The position numbers and the translations under genes are program-made. From positions 23,250,001 through 23,314,000 of the forward strand of contig NC_042997.1 in NCBI RefSeq assembly GCF_006345805.1: a stretch of 64,000 bases of DNA. The letters are read 5' to 3'. The notes below the pieces were generated by a model. That model worked only from the letters and a program-made list of their open reading frames with translations, did no database searches and was not told the origin of the DNA. Source of the stretch: Octopus sinensis (lineage: Eukaryota). Below, piece after piece: positions 26,375 through 39,362 of the stretch. Each line of letters begins with the position of its first letter. Within the stretch, counting starts at the first letter, position 1.

Positions 26375-26996
26375 CCCTTTAACATTCAGATCATTCTGTC
26401 AAATGTAATTGCTTATTTATTCACGGAGTGGCTGTGTGGTAAGTAGCTTGCTTACCAACCACATGGTTCCAGGTTCAGTCCCACTGCATGGCATCTTGGA
26501 CAAGTGTCTTCTACTATAGCCTCGAGCCGACCAAAGCCTTGTGAGTAGATTTGGTAGACGGAAACTGAAAGAAGCTCGTCGTATATATGTATATATATAT
26601 ATATGTGTGTGTGTGTGTATGTTTGTGTGTCTGTGTTTGTCCCTCTAGCATTGCTTGACAACCGATGCTGGTGTGTTTACGTCGCCGTCACTTAGCGGTT
26701 CGGCAAAAGATAGAATAAGTACTGGGCTTACAAAGAATAAGTCCCGGGGTCGATTTGCTTGACTAAAGGCGGTGCTCCAGCATGGCCACAGTCAAATGAC
26801 TGAAACAAGCAAAAGAGCAAAGAGCAACTGTTTTGAATAAATCATGCATTATATTGTAACTTTAAGATTTTGATGAAGCGATTGTTTATTTTTAGAAAGA
26901 CATCATCAGGTAGGTGTCAGAGGCCAGATCTAATCAGTTTGAACATATAGCAGGTAAAATATTTGGGCCAGATATAACTAGTTTAAATGCTAAAGG
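26375..26996 (+). mobile_element. piggyBac-type MITE split by a SINE family B insertion (26425-26826)
   Basis: Left flank ends gcttatttattcac and right flank resumes tgttttgaa, contiguous in the uninterrupted copies at 28737 and 31821. Confidence 0.75.
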
Positions 26997-27236
26997 ATGA
27001 ACCCCAAAATCTTGCTGCAACATCTGAACCAATTACCATATTGTTATTAGTCCAGCACCCTATTTTCATAAGCATTTTGCTTTGATGATCTGACACTCTT
27101 ACTGGTTTTAGCCATTTGATTGAAGATATGTTAAGGTATGAAGCCATTGATTTGGATAGAAGAAACTAAATTTTTTTTTTTCCAATTCTGACTGTTTTCT
27201 TCAAGGGTATTAATGAGATAAAGTATAGTATTCCAC

Positions 27237-27331
27237 CATCCACCACCACCACCACCACCACCACCACCACCACCACCACCAGCATCATCATCATCATCAT
27301 CATCATCATCATAATAATAATAATAATAATA

Positions 27332-27377
<46 letters not shown>

Positions 27378-27378
27378 T
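27237..27378 (+). repeat. Compound microsatellite (CAC)n(CAT)n(AAT)n in RENBP intron 1
   Basis: Read directly. Confidence 0.95.
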
Positions 27379-27454
27379 AGTTATAGACTTGCTCTACTGA
27401 GAACTTGCCATTACGATATAGTGAAAATTCATGGTGTTTTCTTGAACTTTTCAG

Positions 27455-27530
27455 AGGATTCTTTACATGCTTAGGAAGAGATGGTTCAATCTATGATACA
27501 ACAAAATATGGATGGATACAAGGAAGACAG
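27455..27530 (+). CDS. RENBP: AGE exon 2 ([25 protein letters not shown])
   Basis: tttcag acceptor, cag|gtaaaa donor, 76 nt; phase fits exon 1; conserved GFFTCLGR and QGRQ motifs. Confidence 0.96.
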
Positions 27531-27707
27531 GTAAAATCTTTCTTACCCATAGCTGGTCTGAGCAACCATACAGAAGCGCTTTGTCAGTTTGTGCAATTTA
27601 TTTATTATTTTATGATGTAGAACTTTGAAATCCATATTTTTGTTAGACATTTGCATTGTTTATATAGGATCATTCATTTAAATAATTCTCTTGAATTTTC
27701 CTTTTAG

Positions 27708-27783
27708 GTTTGGACTTATGCAAAGCTTTACAATGAATTTGAACGATTTCATCGTGAAGACATATATAATGCAGCAATCAAAG
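27708..27783 (+). CDS. RENBP: AGE exon 3 (VWTYAKLYNEFERFHREDIYNAAIK)
   Basis: cttttag acceptor, g|gtaaac donor, 76 nt, in frame; similar to human VWMYCRLYRTFERF as recalled. Confidence 0.95.
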
Positions 27784-28274
27784 GTAAACCAATTTAATAC
27801 CTATGATATAATGAAATAATCAACAAATGTATGGAACACTGCATGTAGCTAATCCCTTGTATGTATTACATTTTTCATATGTATCATACATTTTGTTATA
27901 GGTGTCCAATAAACCATCAATGGTTCACAGTATTTCTGATAGTGAGTGTTTGTATATTGCAGATGGAATAAATACCACAAGGTATTTTTGTTTGACACAT
28001 TTATCAGTAATTTTTTCGCCAATGTCTATATCTTCTTCTGATATGCACACACATACAGGCACGCATGCATGCACGCACATGCATGCACGCACACACACCG
28101 TATACACACAGAAAACAGACTTCACACAGTTTCCATTTTCCAGATCTTATTCATGAAGATATGGAAAAAGACATCATTTACTCAAGGCCTAACACAGTGA
28201 AAATGAACCCAAGAATACATGGTTGGGTGACTAAGAAGCAGCCTTTTAATTACACAACCATGACTGTACATAAG

Positions 28275-28692
28275 TAGAGGGAAAATGCAATCCAGACTAG
28301 TGAATATAAATGGTCCAATTTTACCCCATGACACTGCATGTCCTCACACTTCTCAAGCTACGTTCAAAAGTTGCAAAGCCTGAACTACGAGATTTTGCAA
28401 CATCTTCCCTATTCCCCTGATATCTCTCCTACTGATCATCACTTATTTAAGCATTTTGAGCATTTCATACACATTTAAACATTCTTAAATAGAGAAGAGT
28501 TAATTGAAGCATTCGGACAGTTTATTACAGCAAAAGATGAATTTTTTTTTAAAGATGTGACTTAGAGAAACACTGGGTAAAGGCCATAAATGAACATGGA
28601 TCATAATTTGATTAAATAAATCAGTTCTCTAATATTTCTGAAACATTTTATTATTACCTTTCAAATACAACATTCCATATGTGACAACCTAA
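28275..28692 (+). mobile_element. Mariner transposase 3' fragment
   Basis: Translates PILPHDTACPH...YSPDISPTDHHLFKHF (HDNA and YSPDLAPSDYHLF equivalents). Confidence 0.75.
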
Positions 28693-28736
28693 TAGTGTTT
28701 GACAATGCATTGACATTACATATAATTCATGCTTAA

Positions 28737-28945
28737 CCCTTGAGAATTCAGATTACTTTGTCAAATGTAATGCTTATTTATTCACATTGTTTTGGATTAA
28801 TCAAGCATTATCTTGTAGTTTTGAGATTTCAGTGATGTGATTGTTTATTTTTAGAATGACATTGTAGGGTAGGTGTGAGAGGCTGGATCTAGCCAGTTTG
28901 CATGTAAAACAGGTTGAATGTTTTGAGCTGGATATAGCCAATTTA
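28737..28945 (+). mobile_element. piggyBac-type MITE copy, 3' end truncated
   Basis: TTAA|CCCTT start; body matches the 31821 copy. Confidence 0.7.
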
Positions 28946-29641
28946 AATCACTCCTTCATAGTTAGCCTGTGAACTTTTCAGCCCACCTTTGTGTGTGTGC
29001 GTGTGTGTGTCTGTGTGCATGCGTGCATGTGTGCATGTGTGTGTATATGTGTATGTGCGTGTGCATGCACTTGTATGTGTGTCTACAATGAATTTTATCA
29101 TAGAAGGTAAATGATCACTTGGTTTATATTTTTTATCACCTATAACATAGCATATAACCAATTTTTTAAGCATATTTCACAGTTGATGTGTTTTACATTT
29201 TAACTGTCCATGTATTCTAATTAATTTTTTTAAATAAATGAAAATTTATGGGGTTTAGTAAAATTATAAATTTTCCATTATCAAACTAGTATTTAGAACT
29301 TAATTTAACAAATGTTTCTTATGCAAAATGATGATAAAAGAGTTAAATATTATATATAGAAACTCTAAGACAAATAGGTTTGTCACTTAGAATTAAAGGA
29401 TGGTCTCAAACTGGTTGGTACCAAAAGTATTTTCATTAATTTGTTAATAAATTTAATACTGTTTCACTTAGAAAATATTTGAAAGTTTTGATAAAAATAA
29501 AATAAAAGAACAGTTTAGATAAAAAGGAAAAGAATCAAAGATTTATAGGTGAGTGTGACAGTTCAACAAATTATAGGACAATAGACTTATCAAAGAAAAT
29601 AGTTCAGACTATCTTTAGCAGATAATTTGTGAGTACTCTAT

Positions 29642-29660
29642 CTCATGTGCACGTGCACAT

Positions 29661-29695
<35 letters not shown>

Positions 29696-30511
29696 GACAC
29701 ACACACATGCACACACACACACTCACGTGCACACACACACACACACATGGACACACACATGCACAAACACACACACTCACGTGCACACACACGCACACAC
29801 ATGCACACACACATACATGGACACACAGACACACACATGCACAAACACATGCAAAAAAGCACACACATGCACACACACACACATGCACACACACACACAA
29901 GGACACACAGACACACACACATGCACACACACACCACACACACACACAAGGACACACAGACACACACACACACATGCACACCACACACACACAGACACAC
30001 ACACATGCACACCACACACACACACACACACTCACGTGCACGCACACACACGCACGCACACACACACACCACACACACACACAGACACACACACATGCAC
30101 ACACACACACTCACGTGCACACACACACACACACACATGGACACACACATGCACAAACACACACACACTCACGTGCACACACACGCACACACATGCACAC
30201 ACACATACATGGACACACAGACACACACATGCACAACACACACACACACATGCACAAACACACACACTCACGTGCACACACACACACATGCACACACACA
30301 CACACAAGGACACACAGACACACACACATGCACAACACACACACACACACACAAGGACACACAGACACACACACATGCACACACACACACAAGGACACAC
30401 AGACACACACACATGCACACACACACACTCACGTGCACGCACACACACGCACGCACACACACACACACACACACACATAGACACACACATGCACAAACAC
30501 ACACACTCACG

Positions 30512-30545
<34 letters not shown>

Positions 30546-30734
30546 TACATGGACACACAGACACACACATGCACAAACACATGCAAAAAAGCACACACAT
30601 GCACACACACACACAATGACACACAGACACACACATGCACACACACACTCACGTGCACGCACGCACACGCACGCACACACACACACACACACACACACAT
30701 AGACACACACATGCACAAACACACACACTCACGT

Positions 30735-30771
<37 letters not shown>

Positions 30772-30860
30772 CGGACACACAGACACACACATGCACAAAC
30801 ACATGCAAAAAACACACACATGCACACACACACATACAAACATGCACATACATATACACC
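29642..30860. repeat. About 1.2-kb complex (CA)-derived minisatellite in RENBP intron 3
   Basis: CA runs interrupted by recurring catgcac, ctcacgtgcac, ggacac and cagacac motifs. Confidence 0.95.
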
Positions 30861-31269
30861 ACAAATTAATGAAGGAGTCTCTATATGGTTGTCTGACCTG
30901 CTGGAAACAGCAGCCAAGTCTTCAAATCACAACTTAATGTCTTAAAAAATAGGAAGTACACATTGGATAATGTAAACCATAGTAAAATATAACTAGAAAA
31001 ACCCCTCAAAACCAATGGGATGGCACTGTGGGAATGTTTCTGAAGCATCAACAACACCACACAATCTTACACCCACATTTATAATAGTGAGGTATTTTTT
31101 TATTCATTTTTGCTTTTTAATCCCCTAGAATTAAAAATTTTTTAGCAGTAATGAGATGTGTTCACAAGATCAATAACCACAAGACTAACACTATCACTAA
31201 CACTTTTCACATGAACTCATTTGCTTTACTTTCTGAGTGTTGTTATTTTTTGTTTGTTCCTTCTCAAGC

Positions 31270-31555
31270 CATGCCTGGTTCATAAGGGCTGGTTTCCCAG
31301 TTTCATTGGCATATAGGATCCCCCATCTGGATGGGACACTGGTCTGCCACAGGTGAGCTGCTAGATGTAGGATTAAAGAGCGAGAGAAAGTTGTGGCGGA
31401 AGAGTTAGCAGAAGTTCGCCATTACTTTCTGCCGGAGCCACGTGGAGCTTAGTTGTTTCGCTCATAAACACACACATGGCCCGGTCTGGGATTCGACCCC
31501 ATAATCCCTTGACCGCAAGTCCGCCGCTCTAACCACTAGGCCATGTGCCTCCACC
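31270..31555 (-). mobile_element. tRNA-derived SINE of another family
   Basis: Minus strand begins ggaggcacatggcctagtggttagagcggcggacttgcggtcaaggga...gggtcgaatcccag (A and B boxes), followed by a non-tRNA body. Confidence 0.7.
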
Positions 31556-31820
31556 TATGAGTGTTATCTAGTATAAAAATGCAAGACTTTTTTCCTTATT
31601 CCTTCTTTGCTTGCTTCAAGTTAGCAAAATGAAACGGTGATAGTGGTGATAGAGTTAGTTAGTTGTTGCATCATATATGTAAAGGGTGCCACTGTTGTTA
31701 GTAATGCTATTAATAGTGATGGTAGTAACACTAGTAATGGTAGTACTGACATGGGGCAAACTAGGCGATTGCCTAGAGTCCCAAATTCTGAGGGCACTGC
31801 ATAAATTCTGAATAACTTAA

Positions 31821-32033
31821 CCCCTTGACATTCAGACTTCTCAGTCAAATTTAATGCTTATTTATTCACATTTGAATTAATCCTGCATTATCTCCTAGCT
31901 TTGAGATTTTGATGATGTGATTATTTTTAGAATGACATTGTAAGATAGGTGCAAGAGGCTGGATCTGGCTGGTTTGAACATAAAACAGGTAAAATATTTG
32001 GGTTGACATAGCCAGTTTAAATTTTTCAAAGGG
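31821..32033 (+). mobile_element. piggyBac-type MITE, about 213 bp
   Basis: TTAA|CCCCTTGA ... TCAAAGGG|TAAA termini. Confidence 0.72.
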
Positions 32034-33287
32034 TAAAACAAAATTCCTTAATCCAACTAAAAATATGAAATTTACATAATAAAGAGAGTAGAAAAGTTCA
32101 TTGCTGGAGAAGAGAAATGTGGAGGACAGAATCAAGGTAGAGTAGGGAAGATGAGAGGGTTGTGTGAGTTTATAACCAGTCAGGTGATCTGGTGTGGTAC
32201 ATTTAAAATTTTGCCAGGTAATAGATTTACTCAGTGATGTGCATGATAATAATACTTTAGAGTTCTTGTGTGCAGGTGTGTATAAGCATATGTGTATAGT
32301 GGTGGTGGGGGATAGTTCATAAATGAAAAATTATGCTGCATATGTATTTTCAAGAACATTTTGGAAAGTAGCCTTTTCTCTATTCTTATTTCTTCTTTCT
32401 TTTTTTTTTATTTCCTTACTGCCCACAAGGGGCTAAACATAGAGGGGACAAACAAGGACAGACAAAGGGATTAAGTCGATTATATCGACCCCAGTGCATA
32501 ACTGGTACTTAATTTATCGACCCCGAAAGGATGAAAGGCAAAGTTGACCTCAGCAGAATTTGAACTCAGAACATAATGGTAACTGAAATACCGCTAAGCA
32601 TTTCGTTCGGCATGCTAACGTTTTTGCCAGCTTGCCGCCTTCTCTATTCTGGCAAGCAGCTAGACTAGAGTCAGATGCTATTTATGACAGCTATAACTAA
32701 AAAGACTTGTCAGTCCACCTCATGGTCCTGGCACATTAAATGGAAAAAAAATATTGGCCTTAGAGGATGGCAAGAGAGAAGCACTGGAATAGTTACTCCA
32801 ATTCATGGGGCTTGTACTTGCAGATAGCCATCTCTGCCCTGATGGCACTGAGCAGGGATATAGTCTGGGGGCCAAGAATACCAGAGGTCTCCACTGTCAC
32901 AGGCTCAACCACAAATCTGTCAAATTTTTCGGCTTGTGTAAAGGGGTAGATGGTTGGAGGAATTTGTATAAAAATTGTTAAAGGGGATACATAATGTAGG
33001 ACTCAGAAAAAGAGGAGCATATTGTACGACTTGGAGAAGGGGTTGCACATTGTAGGTTAAAAGAAATGGGCATACATTGGAGAATTAGAAGTAGGGTGCA
33101 CATTATAAGACTTTCTTACTAGAGCACTGAATATCTTACCGGCCCTGGATTGTGGTGTTCTTGGAGGTAATGTGAGTATTAGCAGTATTGTCTCTGGGAT
33201 TTCTAGCACTTGTCATTGTACCACTCATAGAAAGAGGTAATGGTAACAATTGTTGTTTCTAATCAAATGTTTTCTTCTTCTCTTTAG

Positions 33288-33457
33288 GAGCAGAATTTAT
33301 ACGGAAGCATATCAAGGACCCAGACACAAAAAGATGTGCCTTCTCAATGACAGCAGAGGGTAAACATATTAAAATTCAGAGAAATATTTTTAGTGAATGT
33401 TTCTATGTACTAGGGATGTCTGAAATGTACCGAGCCAGTAAGATTGAAACATACAAG
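33288..33457 (+). CDS. RENBP: AGE exon 4 (AEFIRKHIKDPDTKRCAFSMTAEGKHIKIQRNIFSECFYVLGMSEMYRASKIETYK)
   Basis: tctttag acceptor, aag|gtaaat donor, 170 nt; conserved QRxIFSECFY motif. Confidence 0.95.
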
Positions 33458-34637
33458 GTAAATAATTCAGTTAACACACTTTTGGAACTCTTCTTGTCAA
33501 GATCACTCATTTGCTAAAACTTTTCTTGTCTCATCCATCATTACTACAACATGGTTGCCTAATTGCTGTTAAATTTTCCTCAAAGGACTCACTTTGCTGT
33601 CTCCTGTATGCTTAGGATATGTGGAAACAGAGTTTCAATTGGCAGCTGATACACACAATCAGCAAATAATACTTACTGGTTTCTTATGAAGAAGCTAAGC
33701 TTTCTAGGCAGTTTAGAGTTGCCTCATTTGGTATCTGGTACTGAAGAGAGTAAAGAAGCTCAAAATGCATCTACCACTTCATAGGGAATGAAGTGGTAGA
33801 TGAAGTGGTCTAAACTGACTGGTATTTTTAACCCCTTTTACCTAAAGGGAGAATTTTTATCTATAGCAAACTAGCAAAAATTCCTCTTTACAGATCATAT
33901 ATATCCCAAACATACTTGAACTGATCTAAAGTTTGTTTATTTTACCACACTGCTTCATGTGGCTCCTGCATATTTTGTGCTGGCCTGGCAGCTAACATGT
34001 GCATAATGGTTAATCGGTTCTAAGGAAGATTCAGTTTTGACATTTTTAACTAGCAAACATTTTGCCATTATCAACATTTTCACACAATGCTTTCTACAAA
34101 ATCATTGACTCTCAACTTTTAACAGCCCTACTACATTTAGTGCTTGTTTTTACATGGCTACTTGACCAGCAAAAATAAATAGTGGCTAAATTTTTCCTCA
34201 GTTCACATGCCACTTTCATAAACAAGGAAATAACACATTAGATAATGTAGTGCTACATATTCTTAAAAAGGCTGAATGGTCATATGATTTGAGCTATGAT
34301 CAAAGAAAAACATTTGATCATAAGTCTGACCTGGGGCTAAATAATAACAACAACAACAGTAATAACAACCTATTTACATCTGATTCAATAAAAACTGAGT
34401 TTCTTTCTTATATACACATTGTATATGACCTTGACAAAATGCACAACACTTACCAGTTGACTGTTAGTTCAAAGACCTCATTTGTTCTACTCATAGCTAC
34501 ACACGAACCCAAACCAGTTTTATATTTTGATCCTGCCAAAACTTATCAAAATACAATCCTTTGAGATTATTGTATATATCTCATTTCCCATATATTTTAA
34601 TTAACTTATATGTAAAACAAATACTTCTTTCTTTTAG

Positions 34638-34862
34638 AATGAAGCTTTGGAAATGATGGCGAAAATTCTCTATTGGACCTATGAAGATTCTACAGACCTG
34701 GGTTGTTCTCTTCTTAAAAGTAGTGGCGAAGTGAAGACACTTGCTGTGCCAATGATGCTTCTTTGTTTGGCTGACCAGTTAATCTCTGTTAATTTGGATT
34801 CAGATGGCACTTATAGTAAACTTTCTGAGCGCTGCTCTCTTGAAATTCTGAAACATATTCAG
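34638..34862 (+). CDS. RENBP: AGE exon 5 (NEALEMM...LAVPMMLLCL...LKHIQ)
   Basis: cttttag acceptor, cag|gtaaaa donor, 225 nt, phase 0-0; AVPMMLL motif. Confidence 0.95.
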
Positions 34863-36426
34863 GTAAAAGTACTTCATCATCATCATCATCATTGTTTAAT
34901 GTCCACTTTCCATGCTAGCATGGGTTAGATGATTTGACTGAGGACTTATGAACCAGATGGCTGCACCAGGCTCCAATCTGATCTGGGAGAGTTTCTACAG
35001 CTGGATACCCTTCCTAACGCCAACCACTCTGAGAGTGTAGTGGGTGCTTTTACGTGCCACTGGCACAAGAGCCAGTCAGGTGGTACTGGCAATGGCCACA
35101 CTCAAATGGTGTTTTTTATGTGCCACCTGCACAAGAGTCAGTCCAGCGGCACTGGCAATGACCTCACTCTAATGTTTTTTCACATGCCAGTAAGGTGACG
35201 TTGGTAACGATCACGCTTGAATGTGCTTTTTATGTGCCACCAGCACAGAAGCCAGTTAGCTGCTCTAGCAATGATCAAAAAAAAATTTTAAACATTTTAT
35301 GTTGTTTGGAATGATTATTTTTCTTTGTTTAGCAATTCTACATCGGTTTTTTCATGTTAGCATAGTTTGCTTCCTCAGATTTTGATGTAAACTTGAGCGC
35401 ATATTTTGTATAATTGGATCACCTAAACTACTCAATTGTGAAATGAGAGTTATTCATATAATTTCCATCATAACTAACTTGAAGAAATACTACTTCTTAA
35501 AGGACAATATGTTATTCCAGATTGTACTTATAGACCTCAATTCCAATGGACTACTATGCTGTAGAATGTCTCATGAAAACTCAACACTAGTGGCTTCATG
35601 ATAAATCCCATTCAAGTCTGCAAACATACAGAATAGTATTACAATGTAATTTAAAAGCAGCTTCTTCTGCTAGGTCAGACATAACTGATGGTGAAGGATA
35701 ACTCTGGGGTGTCTGCTGTACTGAGTCCTAGTTCTCAGTTGAGCTGTCTGTAGCAACTACTAATGAATGTTAAGTGAATTGAAACTGTTATACACAGACA
35801 AGACCAGCTAAAGTAAACTCTGGAATTCACAGTAATTAATTATATGGAAAGAATTATTTTTAACTAAGCCCCTAGGTCTTGATTTTTCAAGAAGTGTAAG
35901 TTAAGTTATGTGACTTGGACCACACAAGTTATTTTATTGACCTAATAGGAATGAAATTTGAAGTTGTTTTTGGCAAGAATTGAATTTGGAAATGTAAAGC
36001 ATCAAGTTGGATACTACTAAGAATCTAGTCTTACCATCTGTAGTGTCTGCTACTACTCCATTATCAATATTTGAGCCATAATTTATTGATTCATAAACTT
36101 CATCTACTCTCATCTCCTGACATCATTTTTCCATTTGCTCTTTGTTTTAAAATGTTCTGATATGAATAATTTGAAAAGATTCTGAAAATTCAGCTAATTA
36201 CTTAAATGGCCAAAAATGCCAATATATTATTTCTTATGTGATAGAAAAGATTTAAAGAGATTAATGCAGGTAAAGGTATAAGGTAAATCCATAGATTACA
36301 GCATACCTACCAACTTGGATTTTAATCCCATGTAAAAAATGACATCAGAGTGGTCGCATGCTGAAATGACATTAACAGGTTCAGTTATGAATTAACATAA
36401 ATCATTTTTAAAAAATGTCTTGATAG

Positions 36427-36508
36427 AGGCAAGGATTTGTTGTGTTGGAAAATATATCATTGGAAGGAGAAGAGTTACCTGGAAGTGTGGGCCGATTAAT
36501 GAACCCTG
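36427..36508 (+). CDS. RENBP: AGE exon 6 (RQGFVVLENISLEGEELPGSVGRLMNP)
   Basis: gatag acceptor, g|gtaaga donor, 82 nt; VLENxSxxGxELPGxxGRxxNPG motif; phases join exons 5 and 7. Confidence 0.92.
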
Positions 36509-39362
36509 GTAAGAAAAATATGTTCCTTGGTTGTTGTAAAATTTTTTCCTTCTGTCTATGAATAGTTAGAAATTTTACTATATATGTTACATAACTTCTA
36601 TTGATTAAACATTATATTCTTGACAGTCCTTAAATCTTAGTTGCTACATATCACAGAACAGCTTATATAAAGGAGGTCTTTCTTACCATAATTTACTTGT
36701 TCTTCCAGTGGGTGTTTATGTCCAAATATTTTTGTTGCCAGTGCCGCCTCGACTGGCTTCTGTGCCGGTGGCACATAAAAAACACCATCCGAACGTGGCC
36801 AATGCCAGCACCGCCTCGACTGGCTTCTGTGCCAGTGGCACATAAAAAGCACCATCCGAACGTGGCCGATGCCAGCACCACCTTGGCTGGCTTCCGTGCC
36901 GGTGGCACGTTAAAAGCACCAACTGATCATGGCCGATGCCAGACTCCCCTGGCACCTGTGCAGGTGGCACGTAAAAAGCACCCACTACACTCGCGGAGTG
37001 GTTGGCGTTAGGAAGGGCATCCAGCTGTAGAAACACTGCCAGATCAGACTGGAGCCTGGTGCAGCCCCTGGCTTTCCAGACCCCGGTCGAACCGTCCAAA
37101 CCGTGCTAGCGTGGAAAACGGACGCTAAACGACGATGATGATGATGATAATGAAAGCTGTGTGATAGAAAAGTTTCTTTAGGGAGATGTGGCTGTTGCAC
37201 TGAACCGTTCAAGCTTTCTAATCAACTTTATCTAGAATGTTCAATAACACAACTCAATGCTGTAGTCTTATGGTCAGTGACAAATTTTTCCTCTGTCAAT
37301 GATTCACACAAATTTATAAGTTGTTGAAGGACAAGATTCATGACCACTTATGTGTACAGTGAAAATATAATGCAAAGGGTGTTATTTAATTACTTAAATT
37401 ACAACTGATTATTTTAAAATAAATATTATTTGTAAATACATATATATTTAATTTTTATTGCCTTTGGAATAGTTCAAATTGAAGGCATATTTTCATTATA
37501 TAATGTTTGTATCATTCAACCATGATAGTGGTTGAATATATTCTTAAGTCTGTAGAAAGACCATGTGAAAAGGAGAGGTGACAAATGAATGACTCCTTTA
37601 AACACAACGCACGGTTGCCTTACAATAAAAGCTAAAATATGGATAAATGTATTCAAGTACCAGAAAGGAATAAAGAGAAGATGACACAACTGGAGAATGT
37701 AAGAGAAATGTTTTATTTAGATGTTAGCAGAGTGTGTGTCCGTGAGTGCAAAATAAGTACATACAAAATAAGAACAATAATAATAGACAGGCCGTCAAGC
37801 ATACATAGTGTGTCTGTGTGTGCGCGTCATAAGTACATATATAATAAGAACAATAAGACAGGCCATCAAGCATACAATAATGTGTATGTGTGTGAGATAA
37901 AATACAGAGCATAGAATGAGTCTATCAAGACGCTAGAAGTAGCTCACACAAGATGTAGATAAATACCAGTTTGTAGTAAGATACACAATAGTAGAAGTTC
38001 TGTAACAAAGAAGTTGAGGTCATAAGTCAGAGGCCAGTTGAACACATGTCGTGTAGCAGTTGTGGCTTCCATGCTGTGCCGGGTTACTTGATACAGGAAA
38101 TTCTCACAGGTTGAGCTAGCTGTTAAACATGGTGAAGCATTCACAAACAGCGTGAAGTTAAACCTGGGCGAATGGCTGTGGCGTCATTGAGATGAAGGCG
38201 ATGGTGGTGGAGACGACGTTAAGATTGAAGGCGATGGTGGTGGAGGTTCTGAATACTGCTGGTGTTGTCTGTCACTGGAACTGGCTGTGCTCTGTGGTCA
38301 GTGGTGAGAACCAAAGATGCTCGATTCGATGAATCACTGGGTTTTGTAGCAAATAGGAGGCTCCAGAAGAGAATTTAGAAGACTGTGTCACGGGACCTTA
38401 TCAGAAGGCTGCGATTGGTTGGATCGCACATTGGCGTGAAATAAAGCAAGAGACAAACTGCACTAAAACCAACCAATCAGAGTAGTGGACACAACAGGGC
38501 CCAAGTGGCTAAAGGTTAACTGTTATCTGCTATATCCATATTTGTGTTATATATGTCAGAGAGAAAGGATGAATTTCACTAAAGGTACGCTACAAGTCCA
38601 CCATTTCATCAATCGCAGCAGCTTCCAAACTTCACCACTAATTCAGTTCTCAACTAAATTGCAAACTGTTAACAGTTTTAAAGAGGACACCTCCTCAGCT
38701 ACATTTTGGCATAAATAGTTTGAGATTTGGTTCAGTAGAAAAAGTTACATCAAAATATTTGAGGTCTAAAGGTGGGCAGTAAGGCATCTATTCATCTTCA
38801 CTTAACATAAATTTTTTTTATTTTAAAATAAAAGCATACTTTTCTTATGTCTAAATGATAGAAAAATGCATGAGAACTTCAGAATTGTTAATTGCATTGA
38901 GCAAAAATTAGTATTAAAAAATTTATGAGGTGAAATGTCATGAAATTTCATGTCAATAAGTGAGGAAGTAAGAAGTAACACTCCAAGCAATAATGTTAAG
39001 ATAAGAATATATTTCAAAAATGAATATTTACATTCCAACATGGTGAGTTGGCAGAAATGTTAGTGTGCTAAGCAAAATGCTTAGTGGTATTTTGTCTGTC
39101 TTTTTGTTCTGAGTTCAAATTCTACTGAGGTCAACTTTACCTTTCATCCTTTCGTATATCTCATTTTTTTAATAAATTTATTTTTAATATGCTGCTGAAT
39201 TACGTTAAATTTAACTTGTTAATTTTCTCTTTCAGCTTTAATTAACTTGCTTTCTGCTTTTTTTTTTGCTTTTCCTTTTTAGTTTCTTTCCTTTTCTTTT
39301 TAGTTAATTATTTAATCAGACTAGTTCATTAATGTATTATATGCTTCAGATATGTGCATCTA

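Noticed and set aside
29629-30945. Many long overlapping His/Thr- and Cys/Val-rich ORFs (up to 380 aa)
   Set aside because: Translations of the CA/TG satellite, which lacks stop codons in several frames; intronic, with no domain content.
31480-31555. tRNA-like A/B boxes here and at other SINE heads
   Set aside because: No complete cloverleaf; each continues into a repeated SINE body, so these are not tRNA genes.
33360-33365. Apparent donor GAG G|GTAAAC in RENBP exon 4
   Set aside because: The frame continues through the conserved QRNIFSECFY motif to the donor at 33458; splicing here would delete conserved sequence.
36737-36975. Regularly spaced palindromic repeats resembling a CRISPR array
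   Set aside because: The spacers are homologous to each other, the array is part of a dispersed retroposon, and the genome is eukaryotic with no cas genes.
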